Positions 29,614 to 39,617 of a stretch of DNA of 60,379 nt are shown one piece after another; positions within the stretch are counted from its first letter, which is position 1; every line of letters begins with the position of its first letter. The stretch covers positions 1 to 60,379 of the forward strand of contig JBFMEB010000010.1 in the NCBI GenBank assembly GCA_040753675.1, given 5' to 3'. The stretch comes from Candidatus Omnitrophota bacterium. GTDB lineage: Bacteria > Omnitrophota > Gorgyraeia > JAHJTE01. The position numbers were made by a program, and so were the translations under genes. A model generated the notes under the pieces. That model worked only from the letters and a program-made list of their open reading frames with translations, ran no database searches and had not been told where the DNA came from.

Positions 29614-31516
29614 GATTTTAAGTTTTATCTTTTCTAAATTACCTCCTGCAGTTTCGCTTTTTTTTGCCAGGGTTTTAGGGCGAATTTATTATTTTTTTGA
29701 CCCTAAGCATAGAAGGATTAGTTATCATAATCTGCGTCTGGCTTTAGCTAAGGACTTTCAGCCCAGCCAACTTAAAAGGATTCTTAAAAGCTATTACCTG
29801 AATATGCTTGAGAATTTCGTTGAAGTCCTTTATATGTCCAGAATTGATTCTCTCTACATACGCAAATACATAAAGATAGAAGGCGTAAACTATCTCAAAG
29901 AAGCACTCCAGCACAAAAAGGGCATAATTGTAACATCTGGTCATTTCGGCAACTGGGAAGTACCTAATATTGTTTGCAAATATCTCTTTCCAGACAGGGA
30001 TTATTTTGTATTGGCTAAAGAGCAGCCTCGAATTGGGAAATTAGGAGAACTACTTAACCAATATAGGCACAGGCAAGGCTATAACATCATTTCTACTAAC
30101 GTAGAAGGGTTACGCAAGTCAATAGAAGCCCTAAAGAACGGCGCTATCTTAGGCATGGTAATTGACCAAGGTATGGGCAAATCAGACTTGTACGCAGACT
30201 TTTTTAATCACCGAGTTCGTTCTCCAGTAGGGGCAATAAAGCTGAGTTTAGAATTTGATGTCCCTGTTTTTTTGACATATATCAGGCGCATAAAAGGTCC
30301 GGTGCTTTCTTTAACTATTCTACCCGCGATTAGAACCCAGAAGGAAGCAACCCAGATTCAGGCAGGCGTGCAAGAATTAAATAATAGGTTAGAAGATTTC
30401 ATTCGTAAATTCCCGCAAGATTATTTATGGCAATTTAAACGGTTTAAAAGCAGGCTGGATAGAAAAATTCTTATCTTAAATGATACTAAAGCCGGCCACT
30501 TAAGGCAGTCACAGGCAGTAGCAAATGAATTATGCGAAATTTTAAAGATGAAGGGTTTTATCGCAGATGTTGAAATTATCGACATAGAATTTAATTCACA
30601 TTTTACTAATATCACTTTGGCTTTGCTGGTTAAATTCTTCTGGAATAAATTTGCCCATTGGTATTTGAAAAGTTGCTTAAAAAAAGATTGTTATAATAAG
30701 TTACTAAGCATTTGTCCAGATTTTGTAATTTCCGCAGGTAACAGTTTAGCAGGTTTAAATATCTTGATATCCAAAGAAAATCAGGCAAAATCAATTGTAG
30801 CAATGAAGCCGTCTTTATTTTCTCTTAAGAAATTCGATTTGGCTATAATTCCTCGCCACGATAGAGTCAGGGCCGCAAAAAATATTGTTAGAGTAGATGT
30901 TTCGCCAAACTTAATTGACGAGGCTTACTTAGAAAAAAATAGCTTATCTGTCAGTAAAAAATTTAACATTGATACTGCCGAAAAGAGATTAAAGATCGGT
31001 TTGCTGATAGGAGGCGATACAAAATATTTGAAGCTTACCAAAGAGTTAGTTAGAGATGTCTGCGATAAGATATTAACTATCGCCAAGGAAAATAATGCCC
31101 AGATACTGGTATCGAGTTCGCGCCGAACAAATAGAGAGATCGAACAGGTATTAAAGGAAAAATTTACTAATCAGTCAAATTGCCCTTTGTTGATTATTGC
31201 TAATGAAAAAAATTTCCCTGAGGCAGTGGGCGGTATTTTGGGCCTTTGCCAGATAGTGGTTGTATCAGGCGACAGCATTTCAATGGTTTGCGAAGCAGTA
31301 AGTTCTGGTAAAGAGATAATTGTTTTTAAATTACCGGGGAGGGAAAGTCTAAAACATAACCGGTTTTTGGCATCTCTGAAGGGGGAAGGATTAATCTATT
31401 TTTCTGATTCAAAGATTGACGAGCTTATTAAACAGATTTGGCTTAAAGGCGCCAAAAAGAAGACATTAGAAGATAAGCGATTAATTCGGCAAGCTTTAGA
31501 GCGAATATTATTATGA
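29597..31516 (+). CDS. fusion protein: LpxL/HtrB-type lipid A late acyltransferase (N) plus an ELM1/DUF1022-like domain (C)
   Basis: N-terminal ~295 aa carry SGHFGNWE and end in DYLWQFKRFK, typical of LpxL family ends. The C-terminal part starts ILILNDTKAGHLRQSQAVANEL and contains IGLLIGGDTKY, both ELM1-like. Confidence 0.65.
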   Translation: MFVLVRILSFIFSKLPPAVSLFFARVLGRIYYFFDPKHRRISYHNLRLALAKDFQPSQLKRILKSYYLNMLENFVEVLYMSRIDSLYIRKYIKIEGVNYLKEALQHKKGIIVTSGHFGNWEVPNIVCKYLFPDRDYFVLAKEQPRIGKLGELLNQYRHRQGYNIISTNVEGLRKSIEALKNGAILGMVIDQGMGKSDLYADFFNHRVRSPVGAIKLSLEFDVPVFLTYIRRIKGPVLSLTILPAIRTQKEATQIQAGVQELNNRLEDFIRKFPQDYLWQFKRFKSRLDRKILILNDTKAGHLRQSQAVANELCEILKMKGFIADVEIIDIEFNSHFTNITLALLVKFFWNKFAHWYLKSCLKKDCYNKLLSICPDFVISAGNSLAGLNILISKENQAKSIVAMKPSLFSLKKFDLAIIPRHDRVRAAKNIVRVDVSPNLIDEAYLEKNSLSVSKKFNIDTAEKRLKIGLLIGGDTKYLKLTKELVRDVCDKILTIAKENNAQILVSSSRRTNREIEQVLKEKFTNQSNCPLLIIANEKNFPEAVGGILGLCQIVVVSGDSISMVCEAVSSGKEIIVFKLPGRESLKHNRFLASLKGEGLIYFSDSKIDELIKQIWLKGAKKKTLEDKRLIRQALERILL

Positions 31517-33591
31517 ACATTCTACAAGTTGTCCCTCAACTGAATTTTGGCGGAGTCGAAACTGGAACAGTTGATTTGGCGCGCGAATTAAAAAAAAGAG
31601 GCCATAAGCCGGTTGTTGTATCTGGCGGCGGAAAATTAGTAAAGGAACTGGAAAATTTAGGAATAAAACATTATTGCCTGCCAGTACATAAAAAATCCCT
31701 TATTAATATTATTAGACAGATTTCAAAAGTAGCAGAAATTATTCAGAAAGAAGATATTGATATTGTACATGCAAGAAGCCGAGTGCCAGGTTGGATTTCT
31801 TATTTTGCAGCAAGAAAAACCAAGCGCGTTTTTATTACTACTGCTCACGGGTATTATTCCAATCATTTCTTTTCGCGGATAATGGCTCAGGGAAAGTTTG
31901 TTATTGTTGCAAGCCAGATTATCGGTAGGCATATGATTAATGATTTTAATGTTGCGCCAGAACGAATCTGCTTGATTGAGCGTGGGGTTAATTTGGAAAG
32001 GTTCGTCTTTAAGCCAATTTCCGACAGGAGCAAGACAGAATTTATTATAGCCAATATTGCCCGGCTTACTCCTATAAAAGGCCATGAATATTTTTTGAAG
32101 GCAATCGCAAAATTAATTCGCACCTTGCCTCATATCCAAGTTTGGATTATAGGAGATAGTCCCAATGAATCATACCTACAACAACTGGAGATTTTAAGCC
32201 GCAGGTTAGGCCTTTCTCATTGTGTCAAGTTTATGGGCCAGCGACAAGACATACCTCAGATATTAATGAAGGTAAATCTGCTGGTTCTTACCACAGTAAC
32301 TCAAGAGGCATTTGGCAGGGTAATTATAGAAGCACAGGCAAGCGGTGCTCCTGTGATAGCAACAAAGGTGGGCGGGGTTGTTGAAATTATTGAAGATGGA
32401 CTTACTGGGATATTAGTTGCGCCTAAAGACCCGCAGGCGTTGGCTGATGCAATAATAAGGGTATTAAAGAACCCTAAACTTGCGCAGATGTTAGCTGACA
32501 ATGCCTATAAAAAGATTAAAGATTTCTATACCCTTGAGAAAATGGTAGATAAAAATTTAGAAGTTTATAAACAGGCAAAGGATTCTCAGAGAATATTAAT
32601 TATAAAATTAAGCGCCCTGGGAGATATTCTTCTTATTACGCCGTCTTTACGCGCTATTCGCGAAAAATTTAAGCAGGCTAAAATTTCCTGTATAACTTCT
32701 TTGGCAGGTAGCCAGATTTTGCAGAATTGCCCTTCTTTGGATGAGTTAATAATCTATGACTATAAAGGCGCAGATTCCAGGCCCGCTGCAATCATCAAAG
32801 TAGGCGCTAAATTACGCAGTAAAGCTTTTGATGAGGTAATTGATTTTCAGAATAGCAATCGCAGTCACCTATTGGCATTTTTAAGCTTAGCAAGGCTCAG
32901 GTTAGGCTATGATAATGGAAAGTTATCTTTTCTTTTAAATAAAAAAACAAAAGACGACGGCTCTGTTTTAGGGCCGGTCGAACATCAGGCGAAAATGTTA
33001 AAACCCTTGGGTCTAGAAATAAAATCAGACGAGCTAGAGATTTGGCCTACACAGGCTGATGAAAATTATGCGAACGGCTTATTAAAATCTTATTGGCTTG
33101 AAGGTAGCGTTCCTGTAGTAGGGATTCATATAGGAGCGAGTTCTCTCTGGCCGACAAAGTTATGGCCGAATCGCTTGGTAGCATCGGCAATAGATGAATT
33201 ATCCAAAGAGAATATAAGGATTGTTATTATGGGTGGCACTGCTGATGAAAAACGAGCCGAGGAGATATTATCTTTGACTAAGTCCCGGCCGGTTAATTTA
33301 TGCGCCAAAACCACCATTTTGCAATTAGCCGCAGTTATTAGAAGATGTAATTGTATATTAACCTATGATTCTTTGGCTATGCATATTGCCGCGGCAGTTA
33401 ATGTGCCGTTTGTTGCTTTGTTTGGCCCCACCAATGTCCAAAGACACATTCCTCCGGCAAAAAAGTATATCACTATCCGAAAAGATTTGACATGCAGCCC
33501 CTGTTATAAAAGAAAATGCAAGTTCAATAATAAGTGTATGCAGGAGATTAGCCCTAAAGAAGTTGTTGCTGCGCTTAAGAATCTGCTATAG
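31513..33591 (+). CDS. fusion protein: GT4 glycosyltransferase (N) plus GT9 heptosyltransferase-like domain (C)
   Basis: N part: FGGVETGTVDLA .. EAFGRVIIEAQASGAPVIAT (GT4 E-x7-E region). C part from ~360: ILIIKLSALGDILLITPSLRAIRE .. YDSLAMHIAAA (GT9). Confidence 0.75.
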   Translation: MNILQVVPQLNFGGVETGTVDLARELKKRGHKPVVVSGGGKLVKELENLGIKHYCLPVHKKSLINIIRQISKVAEIIQKEDIDIVHARSRVPGWISYFAARKTKRVFITTAHGYYSNHFFSRIMAQGKFVIVASQIIGRHMINDFNVAPERICLIERGVNLERFVFKPISDRSKTEFIIANIARLTPIKGHEYFLKAIAKLIRTLPHIQVWIIGDSPNESYLQQLEILSRRLGLSHCVKFMGQRQDIPQILMKVNLLVLTTVTQEAFGRVIIEAQASGAPVIATKVGGVVEIIEDGLTGILVAPKDPQALADAIIRVLKNPKLAQMLADNAYKKIKDFYTLEKMVDKNLEVYKQAKDSQRILIIKLSALGDILLITPSLRAIREKFKQAKISCITSLAGSQILQNCPSLDELIIYDYKGADSRPAAIIKVGAKLRSKAFDEVIDFQNSNRSHLLAFLSLARLRLGYDNGKLSFLLNKKTKDDGSVLGPVEHQAKMLKPLGLEIKSDELEIWPTQADENYANGLLKSYWLEGSVPVVGIHIGASSLWPTKLWPNRLVASAIDELSKENIRIVIMGGTADEKRAEEILSLTKSRPVNLCAKTTILQLAAVIRRCNCILTYDSLAMHIAAAVNVPFVALFGPTNVQRHIPPAKKYITIRKDLTCSPCYKRKCKFNNKCMQEISPKEVVAALKNLL

Positions 33592-33594
33592 AAA

Positions 33595-34701
33595 ATGAAA
33601 ATATTGTTGTTGACCACGCATTTAAATTACGGCGGGATTACCAATTACCTTATTTCTTTAGCAAAAGGATTAAAGAAAAGAGGCCATCACGTATCAATAG
33701 CTTCAAGCGGCGGTGAGGCCGAAGAAGTCTTTTCTTCTTATGGAATTAACTCTATTAATATACCAATTCACACCAAGTGTGAGGTGAGTCCTAAAATATT
33801 ACTATCCTTATTTGCCTTGAAAAAACAGTTAAAAAATTCCGATACTGACATAATCCATGCACATACTCGCGTTAGCCAGGTATTAGGTAAATTATTATCA
33901 ACGTCGCTAAGCTGCGCATATGTTACTACTTGCCATGGTTTTTTTAAAAATAGGTTTTCCCGCAGAATTTTTCCTGCCTGGGGAAAAAATGTAATTGCCA
34001 TAAGCAAAGCAGTAGCAGATAATTTAGAGAAGGATTTTAGATTAGAGAAAAAAAATATAACCGTAATTCATAACGGCATTGAATATGACAAATTTATTAG
34101 TTTGGATAACCAGGCAAAGATAGATATAAAAAATAGCCTGAATTTGCCCAAAGACGGTCCAGTGGTTGCAATGGTGGCGCGCCTTTCAGAAGTAAAAGGC
34201 CATAGTTTTTTTATTCAGGCAATTCCCTTGATTTTGGAAAAATTTCCAAAGTCAAGTTTCCTTATTGTTGGCGAAGGCCGGCTGAAACTTAAGCTTTTAG
34301 AACAAGTTGCTAAACTTAAAATAGACAGATCCGTATTTTTTATACCTACTCAAGCAGATACCTCAAAGGTGCTGGCAATTGTAGATTCTCTGGTTTGTCC
34401 TTCTTTGCAAGAAGGCTTAGGTTTGTCAATCCTGGAAGCACAGGCAGCTGGTGTGCCAGTTGCGGCATTTGCTATTGGCGGAATCCCTTCTCTTATACAG
34501 CACGAAAAGACCGGCCTTTTAGTAAAACCGTTTGAAACAACAGCCCTGGCAGAAGCAATAATCAGGATTTTGACGGATAAAGAACTTCAAAATTCTATTA
34601 TAAAAGAGGCAAAAGATAACGTCAGACGAAAATTTAATATAGATAAGATGGTAGAGGACACCTTAAGAGTTTATTCTGATGCAGTATCTAAAAACAATTA
34701 A
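33595..34701 (+). CDS. GT4 family glycosyltransferase
   Basis: YGGITNYL start and EGLGLSILEAQAAGVPVAA motif. Confidence 0.8.
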   Translation: MKILLLTTHLNYGGITNYLISLAKGLKKRGHHVSIASSGGEAEEVFSSYGINSINIPIHTKCEVSPKILLSLFALKKQLKNSDTDIIHAHTRVSQVLGKLLSTSLSCAYVTTCHGFFKNRFSRRIFPAWGKNVIAISKAVADNLEKDFRLEKKNITVIHNGIEYDKFISLDNQAKIDIKNSLNLPKDGPVVAMVARLSEVKGHSFFIQAIPLILEKFPKSSFLIVGEGRLKLKLLEQVAKLKIDRSVFFIPTQADTSKVLAIVDSLVCPSLQEGLGLSILEAQAAGVPVAAFAIGGIPSLIQHEKTGLLVKPFETTALAEAIIRILTDKELQNSIIKEAKDNVRRKFNIDKMVEDTLRVYSDAVSKNN

Positions 34702-34713
34702 AGGCAATTTTAA

Positions 34714-35553
34714 ATGAAACTAAATCTAAAGAAAATTCTAAAGATATTTTTTGCCGGCTTATTTGTTAGTGTGCTTATTTTTCTTTGCACAGCCACATTA
34801 TACCTTCGCCAACACTATACTGTACCGATACTGATGTACCATAGCGTAGGAGAGCCTCGGTCCAGTAAAGATAATCTATTGACAGTATCATCTGCTACAT
34901 TTGAAAGGCAAATGAAATTTTTGAGCGAGCGCAACTATAATGTAATAAGTCTTAGCCAGTTGGCAAAATTTATGAAAGATAAAGCCCCCATTCCAGCCAG
35001 GAGCGTGGTAATTACTTTTGACGACGGTTATCGCAATAACTTGACTGTTGCCTTTCCTATACTCAAAAAATATAATCTTGCCGCAACTATTTTTGTTGCG
35101 CCAAAAGAGATTTCGGTTGTTCCGGATTATTTAAATTGGAATGAGTTAAAAGAGTTATCAGATTCTCCTTTGATAGAGATTGGTTCCCATAGCCTTGACC
35201 ATAATTTTTTACTGGACATAAAAGATAAAGATGGCTTAGTGCATCGTATACGGAATTCAAAAAAAATACTTCAGAAGTTATTGGATGAACCAGTAGATTT
35301 ATTTTCTTATCCTGGCGGAGGATTTAATAAAGAGATTAGGCAGATGGTGATAGACTCTGGCTATGTTTCGGCGGTGGCCACCAAACCAGGATTGCGCTAT
35401 CCTGAAAACGACATCTTTGCCTTGAAACGAATAAGTATTAGAGAAAAAGATAAAAACCTTTTTGTTTTTAGAATGAAATTGAGCGGATTCTATGTTGCAA
35501 TGAAAGATTGGCAGAGAAGACATAAGGATGTCGGTATTAAGTATTATGAATAA
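34714..35553 (+). CDS. polysaccharide deacetylase (NodB homology), membrane-anchored
   Basis: N-terminal TM helix; ITFDDGYRNN and GSHSLDH motifs. Confidence 0.8.
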   Translation: MKLNLKKILKIFFAGLFVSVLIFLCTATLYLRQHYTVPILMYHSVGEPRSSKDNLLTVSSATFERQMKFLSERNYNVISLSQLAKFMKDKAPIPARSVVITFDDGYRNNLTVAFPILKKYNLAATIFVAPKEISVVPDYLNWNELKELSDSPLIEIGSHSLDHNFLLDIKDKDGLVHRIRNSKKILQKLLDEPVDLFSYPGGGFNKEIRQMVIDSGYVSAVATKPGLRYPENDIFALKRISIREKDKNLFVFRMKLSGFYVAMKDWQRRHKDVGIKYYE

Positions 35554-36583
35554 GAATATAGAAGAGCAAAAACGAATAGTTGTGTTTAATGTTAACTGGT
35601 TAGGAGACGTATTGTTTTCAACTCCTGCCTTGAAAGCCCTACGGATGGCTAACCCAAATGCTTTCCTTGCAGTTATAGTGCATCCGCGAACTAAAGAAAT
35701 TTTAGAAAATAATCCTAATATAGACGAACTTATCGTTTTTGATGAGCGTCAAAAGGGAAGTCGTTTATTGGGAAAATTAAAATTTGTTTCGAGCCTACGA
35801 AAGAGAAATTTTGATACTGTATATCTTTTTCATCGCTCATTTACCCGTTCCATGCTTATGGCTTTAGCTAAGATACCCAATCGCATCGGCTATAAGGCAA
35901 AGAAAAGAACTGCTCTCATGCTTACCAAAAGGATAGTTTTGCCGAAACAAAACCTGCATCGAGTAGATTACTTTCTAAATATTTTAAAAAATTGTGGAAT
36001 CAATTGCCCAACTAATGAATATGAATTTTTCTTAGATTCTGCCTCGCGTAAAAAAATAGCGAAGTTTCTGGAAGACCAATTAATTACCCCTACAGATTTC
36101 GTAGTAATCTTAAATCCGGGTGGGAATTGGGACTTGAAACGCTGGAGCCCACAACAGTTTAGTCAACTTGCTGACGAACTTATATCAGAATTTAAAGCAA
36201 AGATAATACTGACGGGTAGCGCCAAAGATTTATCATTAGCCCGGCAGATTGCTTCGGGAATAAAAGAAAAGTCGATTATTACATGCGGCAACACCTCTCT
36301 TAAAGAACTTGGCGCGCTTATTGAGAGAGGCAAGCTTTTTATCAGCGCTGATTCCGGGCCTATGCACATATCTGTGGCTTTAGGCATTCCTACTATTGCT
36401 TTATTCGGTCCGACATCGCCTGAAATTACAGGGCCGATAGGCAGGGGCAAATTCAAGGTGGTACGCAAAGATATTGGGTGTCTTGTTCCCTGTTATAATG
36501 TTAAGTGTAAAGACAATCGCTGTATGCAGTCAATTAGCGTTGAAGATGTGTTAGGAGCAGTAAGAGAAATAACCAGCTTATAA
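35546..36583 (+). CDS. GT9 family (heptosyl)transferase
   Basis: VFNVNWLGDVLFSTPALKAL and SADSGPMHISVALG motifs. ATG 35546 overlaps the upstream stop; the track start is 35528. Confidence 0.8.
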   Translation: MNKNIEEQKRIVVFNVNWLGDVLFSTPALKALRMANPNAFLAVIVHPRTKEILENNPNIDELIVFDERQKGSRLLGKLKFVSSLRKRNFDTVYLFHRSFTRSMLMALAKIPNRIGYKAKKRTALMLTKRIVLPKQNLHRVDYFLNILKNCGINCPTNEYEFFLDSASRKKIAKFLEDQLITPTDFVVILNPGGNWDLKRWSPQQFSQLADELISEFKAKIILTGSAKDLSLARQIASGIKEKSIITCGNTSLKELGALIERGKLFISADSGPMHISVALGIPTIALFGPTSPEITGPIGRGKFKVVRKDIGCLVPCYNVKCKDNRCMQSISVEDVLGAVREITSL

Positions 36584-36602
36584 AAAGGGGAGGATTATTA
36601 AC

Positions 36603-36776
36603 ATGGAAAAGAAAAAAATTTGTCCAATTTGTCAAAAAAAGGTAGATGCTTCTATTATTAAGGCTTGCACCGAGGCAGAGAAATACGTTATCGAGAATAT
36701 AAGACGCAGCCATCCGGAGTGGGTGGAAAAAGATGGCGCCTGCCCAAAATGCATTGATTATTATAAGAATCTATAG
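36603..36776 (+). CDS. small zinc-ribbon protein (57 aa), absent from the ORF track
   Basis: ATG 36603 preceded by GGGGAGG. Translation: MEKKKICPICQKKVDASIIKACTEAEKYVIENIRRSHPEWVEKDGACPKCIDYYKNL. CPxC..CPxC pair. It fills the gap between two GT9 genes. Confidence 0.6.
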   Translation: MEKKKICPICQKKVDASIIKACTEAEKYVIENIRRSHPEWVEKDGACPKCIDYYKNL

Positions 36777-36783
36777 TCTATAG

Positions 36784-37824
36784 ATGGATTTGTCAAAGGT
36801 AAAAAAGATTTTGGTCATTAGACTAGATAGAATCGGAGATGTTTTATTATCTACTCCAGTGCTTTCTAATTTAAGAAGGGAGTTTAGACAGGCTTATATA
36901 GCAGTTATGGTAAGTCCATATTCAAAAGATATTGTAGAAGGTAACCCTAACATAAATGAGGTAATTATCTACGATAAAAAAGGCAGAGAGAAAAGTTGGT
37001 TTTCCACTATAAGATTTGCTTTAGATTTAAAAAAGAAAAATTTTGATTTAGCCATTATCTTACATCCGACTAACCGTTCTCATCTAATTCCTTTTTTAGC
37101 TGGCATAAAGATGAGGGTTGGTTACGACAGAAAACTTTCATTTTTACTGACCAAAAAAATCCCTCATTCAAAACAGTTAGGACAGATGCATGAACGCGAT
37201 TATTGCCTTGATATGCTCTCTCAATTAGGGTTAAAAACAGAAAGCCAGATGCCGTTTATGCCTATAAAAGAAGAATCCGAAATTTGGGCAGATAGAATAT
37301 TAGCCTCTTTTAATGTTGATTTAAAAAAAGACAATATTGTGGCAATGCATCCAGGAGCAAGTTGCCCTTCTAAAAGATGGCCTACAGAATATTTCGCAAC
37401 CCTTGCAAAATCGCTAATCAAAGACAGGAAAGTTAAGATTGCGGTTGTTGCTGCTTCGGATAATGAGCAATTCGCCAGGCAACTGGTAGGTTCGCTTGAT
37501 TCTGAGTCGGTGATTGATTTGGTAGAAAAGACTAACATAAGCGAGTTAGCATCAATCTTAAAACGCTCAAGTTTATTCATCTCTAATGATTCTGGCCCTG
37601 TGCATATTGCTAGCGCTGTGGGCGTACCGGTAATTTCCATATTTGGTCGCAATCAAGCCGGATTAAGCCCCTTACGATGGGGTCCATTGGGCAAAAAAGA
37701 CAAAATAATGCATAAAGATGTGGGATGTGATGTCTGTCTTGCCCATGATTGCAAAAAAGACTTTTTATGCCTTAGGTCAATAAATCCACAAGAGGTTATT
37801 GAATTAGCTAAATCATTACTGTAG
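36784..37824 (+). CDS. GT9 family (heptosyl)transferase
   Basis: ILVIRLDRIGDVLLSTPVLSNLR and SNDSGPVHIASAVG motifs. Confidence 0.8.
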   Translation: MDLSKVKKILVIRLDRIGDVLLSTPVLSNLRREFRQAYIAVMVSPYSKDIVEGNPNINEVIIYDKKGREKSWFSTIRFALDLKKKNFDLAIILHPTNRSHLIPFLAGIKMRVGYDRKLSFLLTKKIPHSKQLGQMHERDYCLDMLSQLGLKTESQMPFMPIKEESEIWADRILASFNVDLKKDNIVAMHPGASCPSKRWPTEYFATLAKSLIKDRKVKIAVVAASDNEQFARQLVGSLDSESVIDLVEKTNISELASILKRSSLFISNDSGPVHIASAVGVPVISIFGRNQAGLSPLRWGPLGKKDKIMHKDVGCDVCLAHDCKKDFLCLRSINPQEVIELAKSLL

Positions 37825-37890
37825 GGTTCTATTACAGTTGCCTAACTTGTTAAATTATGTTAAAATTAAAAGCTTAAGTCGGAGGTTTTT

Positions 37891-38874
37891 GTGCAAATAT
37901 ACAGGCAAATTATCGATAATTTCAATAAAGCAAAGATTTTAGTTATCGGTGATTTAATCTTAGATAAGTTTATTTGGGGCGAGGTTGAGAGGATTTCTCC
38001 TGAAGCGCCGGTGCCGGTAGTAGTGCAGAATAGACAGTCTTTTATGCCGGGAGGTGCTAGCAACGTTGCCAATAATCTTTCCAGTTTAGAGGCGAAAGAG
38101 GTATTTATGGTGGGCGTTATTGGCGCGGATAGCGAAGGAGCAAAGTTAAAACAGGAGTTAGCAAGAAGAGGAGTTAATACTTCCGGAATCTTTTCAGAAC
38201 ATGGCAGGCCAACCACTTTAAAAACACGCATTGTTGCCCATCATCAGCAGGTGGTGCGCTTAGACTATGAAAAGACAGAGCCGATTAGGAAAAGTACTGT
38301 TAAGGCAATAGTTAACTTTACTAAGAGGCATTTAAAAGATGTTGATGCGATTATTATCGAGGACTATGGTAAGGGAGTAATCTGTTCTGAGGTGCTGGGT
38401 CCAATAATCTCGCTGGCTAAGCGGGAGAAAAAGATTATTACTGTTGATCCCAAAGAAGACCACTTCAAATATTACCACAATGTTACTGCGATAACCCCTA
38501 ATTTAAAAGAGGCCTGTATTGCCTCGGGTTGGAAAATAAAAGAAAACTCTGACATAACGAAAATGGGAAAATATATGATGCCGCAATTTAATTTATCAGC
38601 CTTACTTATTACAATGGGCGAACGGGGCATGCGACTTTTCGAACGTAACGGTAAAGTGCATCATATTGATACAGTGGCTCAGGAAGTATTTGATGTTTCA
38701 GGCGCAGGAGACACAGTAATCGGAGCTTTCACTTTATCTTTAGCAGCTGGTGCAGATTTTCTGGCAGCCTCTCATATATCTAATATTTGCGCTGGCATAG
38801 TGGTAGGCAAAGTCGGTGTAGCAACAGCCAGCAGAGAAGAATTATTGACTCGATTGAGGGAACATAATGGATAA
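37891..38874 (+). CDS. D-glycero-beta-D-manno-heptose-7-phosphate kinase (RfaE domain I type, PfkB family)
   Basis: GTG start with GGAGG 37881-37885. ILVIGDLILDKFIWGEVERISPEAPVPV and DVSGAGDTV motifs. No adenylyltransferase domain is attached. Confidence 0.75.
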   Translation: MQIYRQIIDNFNKAKILVIGDLILDKFIWGEVERISPEAPVPVVVQNRQSFMPGGASNVANNLSSLEAKEVFMVGVIGADSEGAKLKQELARRGVNTSGIFSEHGRPTTLKTRIVAHHQQVVRLDYEKTEPIRKSTVKAIVNFTKRHLKDVDAIIIEDYGKGVICSEVLGPIISLAKREKKIITVDPKEDHFKYYHNVTAITPNLKEACIASGWKIKENSDITKMGKYMMPQFNLSALLITMGERGMRLFERNGKVHHIDTVAQEVFDVSGAGDTVIGAFTLSLAAGADFLAASHISNICAGIVVGKVGVATASREELLTRLREHNG

Positions 38875-39604
38875 TATTGGTGTCATACCAGCCCGTTTTG
38901 CCTCAACCCGTTTCCAAGGCAAAGTTCTTAAGTTAATAGGCGCTAAACCAATGGTTCAACATGTCTGGGAAAATGCCAAAAAAGCAAAGTTACTCGATGA
39001 AGTAATTATTGCCTGTGACGACGAGCAGGTTAAAAATGTATGCCTGGAATTCGGCGCAAAAGTTGAGCTGACAGCAAAAGAACACCTCTCGGGAACCGAC
39101 AGGATATGCGAGATTGTCAATCCTCTGGAGGTGGTAAACGTAGTCAATATCCAGGCTGATGAGCCGTTGATAAGGCCGCAAATGATTGATTCTTTGTTGA
39201 GCGCATTAATAAATGATAAAGCAATCTATATGGCTACCTTGGCAAAGAAGATTAGCCAGCCAGAAGAACTTTCAGACCCAAATGTGGTTAAGGTGGTTAA
39301 GGATAGGTCAGACTGGGCACTTTATTTTTCGCGTAGCACCATTCCCCATGTGCGCTCGTGCCAAAAACAGTTTGCCTCCACTACATTTTTTAAACATATC
39401 GGCCTATATGCTTATACAAAAGATTTCCTGTTTACATTTAAAAACTTACCAAAGTCAAATTTAGAGATAGCTGAACAGTTAGAGCAGTTGCGGGTATTAG
39501 AAAGCGGCTATAAGATAAAAATCATAGAGACGGAATTTGAGACTGTGGGCGTGGATACTGCCGAGGATTTAGAAAAAGTAGAAAAGATTTTAGGTTGTCA
39601 ATGA
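38867..39604 (+). CDS. kdsB: 3-deoxy-manno-octulosonate cytidylyltransferase
   Basis: GVIPARFASTRFQGK and NIQADEPL motifs. Confidence 0.9.
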   Translation: MDNIGVIPARFASTRFQGKVLKLIGAKPMVQHVWENAKKAKLLDEVIIACDDEQVKNVCLEFGAKVELTAKEHLSGTDRICEIVNPLEVVNVVNIQADEPLIRPQMIDSLLSALINDKAIYMATLAKKISQPEELSDPNVVKVVKDRSDWALYFSRSTIPHVRSCQKQFASTTFFKHIGLYAYTKDFLFTFKNLPKSNLEIAEQLEQLRVLESGYKIKIIETEFETVGVDTAEDLEKVEKILGCQ

Positions 39605-39617
39605 GAGGAATTTCACA

